Positions 1 through 9,900 of a stretch of 64,000 nucleotides of DNA are shown here, one piece after another. The DNA lies in the IMG/VR virus record IMGVR_UViG_3300022591_000002; one strand, given 5' to 3'. Source of the DNA: a virus (taxonomy: Duplodnaviria; Caudoviricetes). The translations under genes and the position numbers were made by a program. The first letter of the stretch is position 1. Each line of letters opens with the position of its first letter. The notes beneath the pieces were generated by a model, which was not told the DNA's origin, did no database searches, and was given only the letters and a program-made list of their open reading frames with translations.

Positions 1-67
1 GTCATTCACCCCGCTTTATAAATTCTGCATGTCGTCAAACTTGCTACCTTAATAAAGGAGACTAGAG

Positions 68-598
68 ATGGCAAAATTTTACTCAACAAAAACTTACGGT
101 AACGACCGCGGCTTATCATGCTGTTTTAGACAATGGAGAGCTACACACTCACATTGTTCAACACTACATGGTTACTCAATTGGCATCAAGCTCGTGTTTG
201 AATGCGACACACTAGATGACAAAAACTGGTGTATGGACTTTGGTGGTCTGAAGGAATTCAAAGCGTGGGCAGACTATATGTTTGATCATACTTTGGTAAT
301 TGCCCAAGATGATCCCCATTTGAACTTCTTCCAACAAATGTCCAATATGGGCAATGTTCCTAGTTCAGGAAATGGTGACCAAGGCTTTGATACTTTAGAA
401 CCATACCAGCGAGGTGCAATCTGTGACCTGCGTATTGTTCCCGGTGTAGGCTGTGAAATGTTTGCCAAAATGGCATACGACAAAATGGCTGAACTATTAG
501 CATCGGGCGATATGCGTTACCCAATTAACCCAACTGTGCGTATTAAAACAGTTGAAGTATTCGAACATGGTGCTAATTCTGCTACATACGAAGGATAA
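68..598 (+). CDS. queD: 6-carboxy-5,6,7,8-tetrahydropterin synthase (QueD/PTPS family)
   Basis: CSTLHGY (CxxxHG motif), DFGGLK, DHT, GCE and final VEVFEHGANSA motifs typical of QueD; RBS upstream. Confidence 0.88.
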   Translation: MAKFYSTKTYGNDRGLSCCFRQWRATHSHCSTLHGYSIGIKLVFECDTLDDKNWCMDFGGLKEFKAWADYMFDHTLVIAQDDPHLNFFQQMSNMGNVPSSGNGDQGFDTLEPYQRGAICDLRIVPGVGCEMFAKMAYDKMAELLASGDMRYPINPTVRIKTVEVFEHGANSATYEG

Positions 599-601
599 TT
601 A

Positions 602-736
602 ATGAACGACAAACAATGGCTGGAACGAGTATCACTTGCGTACAAGGCATATCCGTACCCTAACAAAGACATTGAAGCATTTGTAACTTGGATATATAAG
701 CAGTACGGAGTAATACCTCCAAATGATAAGAAGTAA
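602..736 (+). CDS. small hypothetical protein (44 aa, not in ORF track)
   Basis: Manual translation MNDKQWLERVSLAYKAYPYPNKDIEAFVTWIYKQYGVIPPNDKK*; fills the gap after queD. Confidence 0.6.
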   Translation: MNDKQWLERVSLAYKAYPYPNKDIEAFVTWIYKQYGVIPPNDKK

Positions 737-887
737 ATTCTGGCGACTTTGGGCTAAAGCGTTAGGAGAGAAAGCAGGCAAAACGGATGCGGAAGCAGAC
801 CGAATTGCTTGTATTCGTACGTGTATTGTGTTAATATATGTTATAACGAACTTTTTTATAATCGCAGGCGTCATAAGGCATTGGTAA
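723..887 (+). CDS. small membrane protein (54 aa, not in ORF track)
   Basis: MIRSKFWRLWAKALGEKAGKTDAEADRIACIRTCIVLIYVITNFFIIAGVIRHW*; hydrophobic C-terminal helix; its TAA overlaps the next ATG (TAATG). Confidence 0.75.
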   Translation: MIRSKFWRLWAKALGEKAGKTDAEADRIACIRTCIVLIYVITNFFIIAGVIRHW

Positions 888-1906
888 TGAAACGTATAGG
901 CTTCGCATGTAAATGGATTGATGGCCCTAGTCAAATCGACGGGATTAAGCAAGATGATCCGGCTAAGAAATATAACACCAGCACAACTACAGTCGCTTGG
1001 TTAAATAGACAATCGAGAGATGTAGCGGAGCAAAAGTTATGGGACCTAATGGTAGGCAATATCGAAGCAACTCGATTATTGGTAGAACGTGTCGGCACAC
1101 TTGAGCCTGCTCTTCGGATGGTTAGGATTAGCAGTGACATCCTGCCTGTTTATACTCACGCTAGCTATGCTGATTATTGGCGTAAACCTGACGTTATTTC
1201 ATACGCCGAAACCGCGTTCAAAAGAGTGGGTGATATTGCTAGGGATCGCAATGTTCGGTTGTCTATGCATCCTGGGCAGTTCACTGTCCTGGCAAGCGAT
1301 AACCCAGGCATTGTCGAGCGGTCAATTGAAGAATTCGAATACCACGCAGACATGGCCCGCTGGATGGGGTACGGAAGAAACTTCCAAGATTTCAAAATCA
1401 ATGTCCACATCTCCGGCAAGCAAGGCCCAGAAGGCATCCGTCGTGCCTACAAGCGACTAAGTCCAGAGGCTCGCAACTGTATTACTATCGAAAACGAAGA
1501 AAACTCATGGGGGTTAGATGACTGTCTTACTATTAGCGATATCGTTCCTATTGTGCTCGATATACATCATCATTGGATACGTGAAGGGGAATATATCTCT
1601 CCGAGTGATCCTAGGGTTAAGCGTGTTGTGGATAGCTGGCGCGGTGTGCGCCCTACTTGTCATTATTCAGTATCTCGTGAAGATATCCTTGTGGGGCATG
1701 ACCAGTTTACCGCACCTATTCATGCCCAACTCCTTTTAGACGGCTATAAGAAGCAAAAACTACGTGCCCATTCTAACTTCTATTGGAATCAAGCAGTTAA
1801 CGATTGGGCATTGGGTTTCTTAGAAACACACGATATCATGTGCGAGTCTAAAGCAAAGAATCTTGCTAGCCACGCATTATATAAATATTATTTGAGCGGT
1901 CAATAG
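887..1906 (+). CDS. uvsE: UV-damage endonuclease (UvdE/UvsE family)
   Basis: RIGFACK N-terminus, RISSDILP, RLSMHPGQF, HISG, IENEE, VLDIHHH motifs; true start likely ATG 887 rather than TTG 809. Confidence 0.9.
   Translation: MKRIGFACKWIDGPSQIDGIKQDDPAKKYNTSTTTVAWLNRQSRDVAEQKLWDLMVGNIEATRLLVERVGTLEPALRMVRISSDILPVYTHASYADYWRKPDVISYAETAFKRVGDIARDRNVRLSMHPGQFTVLASDNPGIVERSIEEFEYHADMARWMGYGRNFQDFKINVHISGKQGPEGIRRAYKRLSPEARNCITIENEENSWGLDDCLTISDIVPIVLDIHHHWIREGEYISPSDPRVKRVVDSWRGVRPTCHYSVSREDILVGHDQFTAPIHAQLLLDGYKKQKLRAHSNFYWNQAVNDWALGFLETHDIMCESKAKNLASHALYKYYLSGQ
1880..1887 (+). promoter_or_regulatory. T4-type late promoter TATAAATA inside the uvsE 3' end
   Basis: Exact TATAAATA, 113 nt upstream of the SOD ATG. 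Confidence 0.5.
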
Positions 1907-1952
1907 GGCATCCGAGGATCCGCAAGCCGTGAATTTTCCCTATTTCTTTTTT
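1902..1952 (+). terminator. terminator-like stem (AATAGGG/CCCTATT) followed by a U-rich tract
   Basis: 7-bp stem 1902-1908/1938-1944 with large internal region, then TTCTTTTTT. Confidence 0.45.
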
Positions 1953-2000
1953 CAGCACAGCCAATGTGGCTAAACGGTAAATCGGCGCTCACTTAATATT

Positions 2001-2546
2001 ATGTACAATTTTATACGACAAATAACAGAAGGCAGACTTGGCAAGACACTAGAACGTGTTAAGTTGCCCTATCCCATTGACGGGTTAGGCAAAAGTCTTA
2101 GCAAGCAGGCCTTAGAATATCACTACGGAAAATTGTATAAAGCCTATTGTGATCGATACAACGCAGGCGAAGGCGATGCTGATTTTAATGAGGCAGGCGC
2201 TTACTTACACAGTATCTATTTTAGTCAGTTCCGTGCGCCTAAGGGTTCTAACAAACCAGACGGTGCGGTACTAGCACTTATTGAAGAACACTTCAAATCT
2301 TGGGACAAGTTTCAAGAAGCATTTGAAAAAGCCGCTATGGCCGTACAAGGTAGCGGATGGGTGTATCTGGACAAAAGCGGAAACATTCAGACAATAAAAA
2401 ACCACCAAATCAAGAAGGATGTTGTAATCCTAATTGACTGGTGGGAACATGCTTTTCAATTTGATTTTGGTTCGGACAAAAAGAAATATCTTTCAAAACA
2501 ATGGAATATCATAGACTGGGACATAATTAATCAACGATTAATATAA
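2001..2546 (+). CDS. Fe/Mn superoxide dismutase (Mn-type QGSGW signature)
   Basis: LPY, H(YGK), LHSIYF, QGSGW and DWWEHAF provide all four metal ligands. Confidence 0.85.
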   Translation: MYNFIRQITEGRLGKTLERVKLPYPIDGLGKSLSKQALEYHYGKLYKAYCDRYNAGEGDADFNEAGAYLHSIYFSQFRAPKGSNKPDGAVLALIEEHFKSWDKFQEAFEKAAMAVQGSGWVYLDKSGNIQTIKNHQIKKDVVILIDWWEHAFQFDFGSDKKKYLSKQWNIIDWDIINQRLI

Positions 2547-2549
2547 ATA
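2542..2549 (+). promoter_or_regulatory. T4-type late promoter TATAAATA for the HNH gene
   Basis: Exact TATAAATA overlapping the SOD stop codon, 24 nt before ATG 2574. Confidence 0.65.
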
Positions 2550-2573
2550 CTTTCGTGGGAGCATACTAGCACT

Positions 2574-3203
2574 ATGAAAGATTACAGAAAGATATACGAA
2601 AGACATTACCAATGTAGCCTGTTACCAGGAATTGATATTCATCATAAAGATGGTGACCATGATAACAATCTGCCATCTAATCTTCAACCAGTTACATTAG
2701 AAGAACACTATCTTATACATAAATCCCAAAAAGATTATTATGCCGCATATCTTATTGGCCGTAGAATGAAAATTAAACCAGAAGATTGGGAACAAATGGC
2801 TAGAGAGAATGGTAGAAAATCTGCTATTCAAAATAGAGACAACGGTGTGGGATTAACTGCATGGGCTAAAAACAATCCCGAATTAGCACAAAAAATTAGA
2901 TCAGAGAACGGTAAAAAATCTGGTAGAAAATGTGCAGAAGAAAAACTCGGAATACACGGTGCTGATCCTGAACAAAGAAAAGAATGGAGTTCTAAAGCAG
3001 GTAAAGCATCACCCGGATTCAAATTAGGACATGCTTCTACAGCAGGAAAGATTGGTGGAAAAAAGGGAGGTGCCTATGCGAAAGAAAATCGCACAGGCAT
3101 ATTTGCGTTAAATCCTGAGAAGAACAAACAACGACATCTTAACTCTGTAATATCAAAATTGATAAAAAGCGGTAAGATGTGTGCTTGGCCAAGACTTACT
3201 TAG
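2574..3203 (+). CDS. free-standing HNH endonuclease (probable homing endonuclease)
   Basis: DIHHKDGDHDNNLPSNLQPVTLEEH HNH motif at the N-terminus; Gly/Lys-rich repeats in the C-terminus. Confidence 0.8.
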   Translation: MKDYRKIYERHYQCSLLPGIDIHHKDGDHDNNLPSNLQPVTLEEHYLIHKSQKDYYAAYLIGRRMKIKPEDWEQMARENGRKSAIQNRDNGVGLTAWAKNNPELAQKIRSENGKKSGRKCAEEKLGIHGADPEQRKEWSSKAGKASPGFKLGHASTAGKIGGKKGGAYAKENRTGIFALNPEKNKQRHLNSVISKLIKSGKMCAWPRLT

Positions 3204-3477
3204 CTTTTGGCTTACGAGTAGCAGTCTTCTTAGCAGGCGCCTTTTTAGCAGGTGCCTTTTTTACGGCTTCTGCTTTTGGCTTACGTGGGGCACGTGGCTT
3301 CTTAGCAGGAGCAATGCTTTCAACAACTGCCTGTGTTGCTTGTTCAGCAACTGGGCTTGGTGCTTCAACAGTTTCTACTTTGTATGGTGCAACTTCAGCT
3401 ACTCTTTCTTCTGGTTTACGGAAGAAAACAAAATAACCAACAACACCAAGAACGATTAAACCGATAATAAGTTCCAT
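3196..3477 (-). CDS. membrane-anchored Lys/Ala/Pro-rich protein
   Basis: N-terminal TM helix (IIGLIVLGVVGYFVFF), PAKK repeats; AGGAGA RBS. Confidence 0.75.
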   Translation of the reverse strand: MELIIGLIVLGVVGYFVFFRKPEERVAEVAPYKVETVEAPSPVAEQATQAVVESIAPAKKPRAPRKPKAEAVKKAPAKKAPAKKTATRKPKAK

Positions 3478-3504
3478 ATTGGACTCTCCTTTATATACAG
3501 CTTT

Positions 3505-3510
3505 TATTTA
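3505..3510 (-). promoter_or_regulatory. late-promoter core TAAATA (minus strand)
   Basis: GTAAATA on minus strand about 27 nt upstream of ATG 3477. Confidence 0.4.
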
Positions 3511-3543
3511 CTATTGTTATTTCTGTGCCGTAAAATTCTGGTT

Positions 3544-3831
3544 TTAAAGTTTACTAATATCATCGCCTAAACTAGCAGGCTTATTCCAAATTACTTTTTT
3601 GTCCACACCCTTCTTTTGGGCAAACTTTTTAGGATCACATTTTTCACAGCAATGAAAGTAGGCATTGCTTAATCTCTTTGGTTCCATTTTTGCCGCAGGG
3701 CGTTCAAATATTTCGTTACAGTTATCGCATCTAAAAACCGCAATGGTTTTAAGTCGCTTGTAAGTATGCGAGTTACCTAACTTACTTTCGCGAACATAGG
3801 ATGTTAGAACCTTGACTATTTCTATGAACAT
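3544..3831 (-). CDS. Cys-rich putative Zn-binding protein
   Basis: CDNC...CCEKC; likely start MFIE at 3831, since the track start 3942 would overlap the divergent gene. Confidence 0.7.
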   Translation of the reverse strand: MFIEIVKVLTSYVRESKLGNSHTYKRLKTIAVFRCDNCNEIFERPAAKMEPKRLSNAYFHCCEKCDPKKFAQKKGVDKKVIWNKPASLGDDISKL

Positions 3832-3836
3832 ACAGT

Positions 3837-3842
3837 TATTTA
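3837..3842 (-). promoter_or_regulatory. late-promoter core TAAATA (minus strand)
   Basis: TGTAAATA on minus strand, 5 nt before ATG 3831. Confidence 0.5.
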
Positions 3843-3866
3843 CATTAGGATTATAAAAATTATTGG

Positions 3867-3872
3867 TAAATA
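3867..3872 (+). promoter_or_regulatory. late-promoter core TAAATA for the structural operon
   Basis: GGTAAATA upstream of AGAGGA RBS and ATG 3901. Confidence 0.45.
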
Positions 3873-3900
3873 TTGGTAGACCCCCCTTAGAGGAATTATT

Positions 3901-6900
3901 ATGGCAGATATTATCAAAAAGCACATTAACGTAGGTAGCCAATCAAATGACGGCACCGGCGACAGCATCCGCGATGCATTTCAGAAAGTAAACGACAACT
4001 TCGATATATTATACGCGGCTAACGGACTTGGTAACGGATTATTGTTTACCAGCTTGCAAGATGCTCCAACTACGTTAACTTCGCAAAAGATTCTAGTTAG
4101 TGATGCTAGCGGATTAACACTAACACAGATGACTGTAGTAGGTTCTCAAGGTATTCAAATTACTTACGATTATACGCATGGTCAATTAGTAGTTGCTAGT
4201 ACACTTACTTCGTTAGTAAGCGATCCAGCTCCAGTTATCCAAGCAGGTGCAAATCTAGACGGTGGCTTAACTGCTCGAGCAGTACAGTTTGCTGATCCAA
4301 AGCGTGACACAGACCTAGTAACTAAGCAGTGGGTTGAACAGAATTTCCTTAATAGAGATGGTAAATTTGAGTCTGACACAGGTACAGCACCTAGTCAATC
4401 TACTGCTACAATCGTAGAAGGTAGCACTCTAAGACACAATATCGTCCTTGCGCCAAATGCTATTCAAACTAGCACAAACGTTGGCAAAGTTATTAGTACA
4501 ATAAATGCGTCTGGTATCACTGCCACAATTAATCTAGCATACCAAGCATGGAAAAACGAACACGTAACACGTAAAGACTATGTAGACACTAAGATCAGTT
4601 TACAAGGTATTAGCACAATTGATTCACTAACTGGTGAAGTAAATCCAGGGTTTGGTCAAATGACTGGTGCCTTACAGTTGTTCCGTGATCCAATAGAAAC
4701 TGATGATCCATTAACAGCGGCAACAAAGAACTATGTAGACTCAACTGGATTTCCAAGTAAGAGTAACTTCTTCGTTGCACTAAATGGTAACGACAACCGC
4801 ACAGACATTCCTACATTCAAACGTGGTCGTTCTTGGGCATGGGCTTTCCGAACAATTAACAAAGCCGCACAGGCCGCAGAAGCTTATCAAAACAGCAGTC
4901 AAATTGTTCTTGGTCCTTATGTAAAGACTATTACAACAAATAACTTTACTAACCCTGTACAGATTATTCAAATTACAGGAAGTACTATTCCTAAGGCAGT
5001 CAAGCTAGTTGTTAACTATGACGGTACTGGTGGTACAGATCCATTTATTAATTCTAGTATCTATCCAGGTATCTATATCATCGGCGTCGACACAGGTGCA
5101 ACTGCCGAAGTCTTAAACGTAACTAACGGCGGTGTTGGCACAGAGTATTATGAAGTAGTCCCAGTTGACTACTCCAACGGCTTCCCAACTTCCATTGTTG
5201 CTTTGGGAACTACAGGTACTGTAAGAGTTAATTTTACACAACAAAACCTAGTAGGTATTCCAGAATTCTGGACAGACTACACATTTAAACTAGACGATTC
5301 AGTCGGTGGCGGTCAAGGTACAATTATTGGTTCAGATGTTCACTATGATGCAACTGGAAATGTATACGATCAATTGATTGTTCGAGTTACTAAACCATTT
5401 GGACAATCTAATGTATCAATCCCGCAGGCCAACTGGCATGTATTTGCCGGTGATTGGTCTGACACAAGCAACAATACAGGTGGTTTTAGTTTATCCGAAA
5501 CACTAAAATACGGACAAGGTTACAACAGAACTGAAGTTTCTATTAAGATTGAATCAGGCGAGTATGATGAGGACCTACCAATTAGGCTAGCAGATAACGT
5601 ATCTATTGTAGGTGATGAGTTCCGCCGAAGCATGGTACGTCCTGGCAAATGGCCCAATACTCAGCGTCCATTGCGCACTACTAGCCCCTATGCTAACTTG
5701 TATTTTAGACGCGATACACAAGTTGATGGTTTAATTATTACAGAAATAGATACATCAACTAACTTTGCGTCAGCAGTAGCTATTACTCCGGACGGCATTA
5801 CTAACAGCGGACTGACTGGTGTTATTAACTTTACACTGAATCAAAGTACTGCTAACCCATCATGGGTCAGCAAAGTCTTTGTCGGTGCTAACGGCATTGG
5901 TACTGTTACTGCGGTTAACGGTAGTGTATTCTCTGTGGATATTGCAGAAAACGCACAGGGCATTAGAACTATTAACTCAAGCACAACTATTTCAACAGGT
6001 AGTTGGGCAATTTATGCACCTATCAACTTTGGTTACCATTATCTAAAAGATCCTACAAAGCCAATGAACTTGCTTGGTTGGGAACCAGGTGGTAGCTTAT
6101 CTAATCCAGGTGGATATAATGTTGCTACGCAAACACTTTTAGCCAACAAGGAGTTTATTCAAGAGGAAGTTATTAGATATATAGATGCTACAACTTCTGG
6201 AACCTTTGTTTATAATAAACCAAAATACAAACGTGATGTTGCTTACTTTGTTGAGGGCCTAGCTTATGACCTACAGGTAGGCGGTGTAAGCAGAACTATT
6301 AACATACCCGAATTATATTTTAATTCTTCTGAATCAATTGTTTATCAACAACAATTACCACAACTAACATCTGCAATAAGCTATGTAGGTGCCTTAGCCG
6401 CACAGGTTATGAGTAACTCTACTGTTACTGCTTATCAATCAACAGTAACACAGGTATTTGCTAATGTAAGTTTAGAACCAGATGCTCCTACAAAAGTTGT
6501 AGAAATGGTAGGCACTATCAATACTATTTTAAACAATAGTAATCCAGCTTACAACCCAGGTAAATTCAATAATGAACTAGACATCTTCTTGATGAATGAT
6601 GCTACTATGATTCGTTATCTAGCTGGCCAAGGTCACGGCGGTTTTATGAAAGTTCTTGACCCATATGGTCAGGTTAAGGCCAAATCACCTTACACACAAA
6701 CTGCAAGTTCATTTAGTGAAAGCACAGGACGTCACCGCTTTGCAGGTGGATTCTTTGTTGACGGTTACACAGGTAACATGTTGTTAACTCCGACTGCGGC
6801 AAATGCAACTCAAAACACAGCAGGCGACTATGTTGCTATCCCTGTTCAAGGCTATGCACTAACATTACGCACACCGTTAACACCTAGCTTCTTTGTTTAT

Positions 6901-9900
6901 AACGGTATCCAATATCAAGTAGACTACATTTCTGATTGGAATCAAACTGCTAATGCAAACTACGGTACTGCTACACTAAACTTAGATCCTAATAAGCCAG
7001 GTGGTATCCAAGGCGTTACCTTAAGCGGTACGCTTAACAATTTCAAACCAAACCAAGCGCAAATTCCAGTAACAATTAGTAGTCCAGGAACTGCCGGTGG
7101 CCTAACAGCTAGAGCGTATGTAACTACAGACGGTAGCGGTACTATACAGGCTATGACTATTACCTATCCTGGTATCGGTTATGTTCGCTCTACAGATCCT
7201 GGTTATGATCCAGTTGCCAATGCTATTACATTTGTCCTAGGTGGTGCAACATTTAACATGACCATTGTTGGTGGTGTAATCAAAACAATGACTGTTGCCA
7301 ATCCAGGTGCAGGCTATACAACTAACACTTCTATCAATATTGCGTCCCCAGGTAGCGGTACTCGAGCTACTGCATCGATTACAGCAGTTGATTCGAATGG
7401 TGGTATTGTAAGCGTTAACTTATCAAACGGTGGTACTGGTTATACTTCAACTCCAAAAGTTACATTCGGTAACAGCAATATTACCTATGCTACTGTAATT
7501 AAGAAAGGATTTATTGGCACATTACCTAGCTCAATCGAAGTTGTTACCGCTGGTAACAGATCTATGTTGGCTAACGACTTTACACAGATTAACGATTATG
7601 CTTACGGTATTTTTGCTACCAACGGTGGTTTCATTGAAAACGTTTCCATGTTCTCATACTACTGCTGGACTTCATACTATGCTCTAAACGGCGCACAGTT
7701 AAGAACTATTACTGGTTCTAGTGCCTACGGTACATATGGTTTGATTGCAGAAGGTAGCGATCCTACAGAAATTCCTATTGCAATCAGCGTACCAGATGAA
7801 CTACAACAAGTCATTACAATTTACAATCAAGCGCCATATAGCAACCTAGCAGGTGGTACAGCTATCTATGCAATCGTAGGTGGCGCAATTAGTTACGTAC
7901 CCCGTGACGAAAGTGACTTAGAAATTAATCACGGTGGCGCTAGAAAAACTTATAGAATTAAAACTGCAACATTTGTAACTACTGCAAGCGGTAACTATGT
8001 TTATTCTCTAGCACTTGACTCAAGCATTAGCTCGTCGGGTCTATATGCGGCTGTACCAGATGGTACTACAGGTATTATTCGTAGTAAAGCACAGTTTAGA
8101 CTAAGTGGTGTTAATGCCGCAACGTTAACTCGTCCAAGTACTGTATTGTCATTAAATGAAGATCCAGTAAACGTATATCGTATTCTTTCATACACTGATC
8201 AAGGTAACGATGTTGCCCTAGCAGAAGCAGATCAGTCATATGACTATATGACTATCCAACCTTACCAGGTAAACAATCAGTATCGTCAAGGTGTTACTCG
8301 TCCATTAATTTCTAGTGCAGGTAGCAATTATACTGGTGCTATATCAACATTGACTTTTGCAACTCCAAGTCCATTTACAATCACTGCGGCTGTTAATGGT
8401 AACCAAGGTACTGCAAGTGCTCCTGTTTCAACATTCTTAATTACAGGCGCAGGCTCAACAATCCATCCAGGCATGACTGTTAGTGGTACTGGAGTGCTTC
8501 CAGCTACTTACGTAACATGGTGCTCAAGCGACTTAGGTACTATTGCTGTTAACCAACTACAATATCTAACAGGTGGTACAACACTAACATTTACTGCGGT
8601 TACTGCTACAGGTTATGCTACAATCGCAAGCGGTGCCGTTAATGGTGTTGTTATTACTGACCCGGGTGTTGGTTATAATACTGCACCGGCAATTACTGCA
8701 ATTACTCCAGCAGGCGGAACTAGTGCTACAATTACTGTCAGCCTAGCAGGCGTTGCAGGTAGTAACTATATTAAAGTAATCGACGTTGGCGCACAGAGTC
8801 TAGCACGTTTCCAAAAGTCTGCCACAGCTGGCACATACAGCTATAGATTTGGTTATGATGGCAAGATTTATAACATCAACTCATATACACCTCCAAGTGC
8901 AACTGTACCTTGGGGCGAACTAACAGTTAGTACATATTCAACTGGTACTGGACTAGCTAGTGAAATTACTGCTGATCCATTGTATGCAGGCGTAAGTGCA
9001 AACACAACTGGTAGTATTACAGTTCGTATTTCAACTCTACGTGCTACATCACACGATATGGTTGACGTTGGTACTGGTGGCTATGCAACTACCAAGATTC
9101 CAAATGACTTATACGGACCTCCATTAATTGCTCCTAACCAAGCACATGAAGTTATCGAAAAGTCTAAAGGTCGTGTTTACTATGTAACAACTGACCAAGA
9201 TGGTAACTTCCGTGTTGGTAAGTATTTCCACGTTGACCAAGGTCGTGGTACTGTTACAATTAATGCTCCAATTAGTTTAAGCGGTGTTGAAAGTTTAGGA
9301 TTCAAGAAAGGCGTAACAGTTAATGAATTCTCAATCGACGGCAACATGGCCGCAGAGTCAACTAGCAAAGTTCCTACAGAACAAGCTCTTGTTAACTATA
9401 TTAATTCACGTTTAGGAATTAGCAAGACTGGTGCTATATGGCCAACATTAATTGGTGCAGGATTCTTACCGTTAAGCGGTTCAAGTAGCGGCGGTGGTCT
9501 ACCTCAAATGACTGGCGCCATTAACATGAATGGCAACTTCCTATACAACTTGCCAGCGCCGACTCAACCAAGCTACGCGGCCAACAAGGCCTTTGCTGAT
9601 ACAAAGATCAGTTTAGCAGGTATGAACGAAGTTCAAAATAATGGTGGTCAACTTGCAGGACAAATGACTGGTCCATTAGAGCTAGTAGGTAATCCAGGTA
9701 CTACTACTGGTGTAACTACACAACTTGCTAATTCATCTAATACAATCTTGTACGTCAACACAAGTACATTATACTTGGGTATGCAGGTAAACAATTCTGC
9801 CGCAAGCACAGGTACATACATTAGCAGTATTGGTAACGGTTATATTACACTAAGCGCAGGACTAATTGGATCTATTCCAAATGGTACTACTGTAACATTT

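Noticed and set aside
1902-1990. c-di-GMP-I (GEMM) riboswitch as an annotated feature
   Set aside because: Only scattered short words match and the P1/P2 spacing is wrong; kept only as a low-confidence structured-leader finding.
3179-3459. Plus-strand ORFs 3179..3436 and 3181..3459
   Set aside because: Antisense shadows of the RBS-bearing minus-strand gene 3196..3477.
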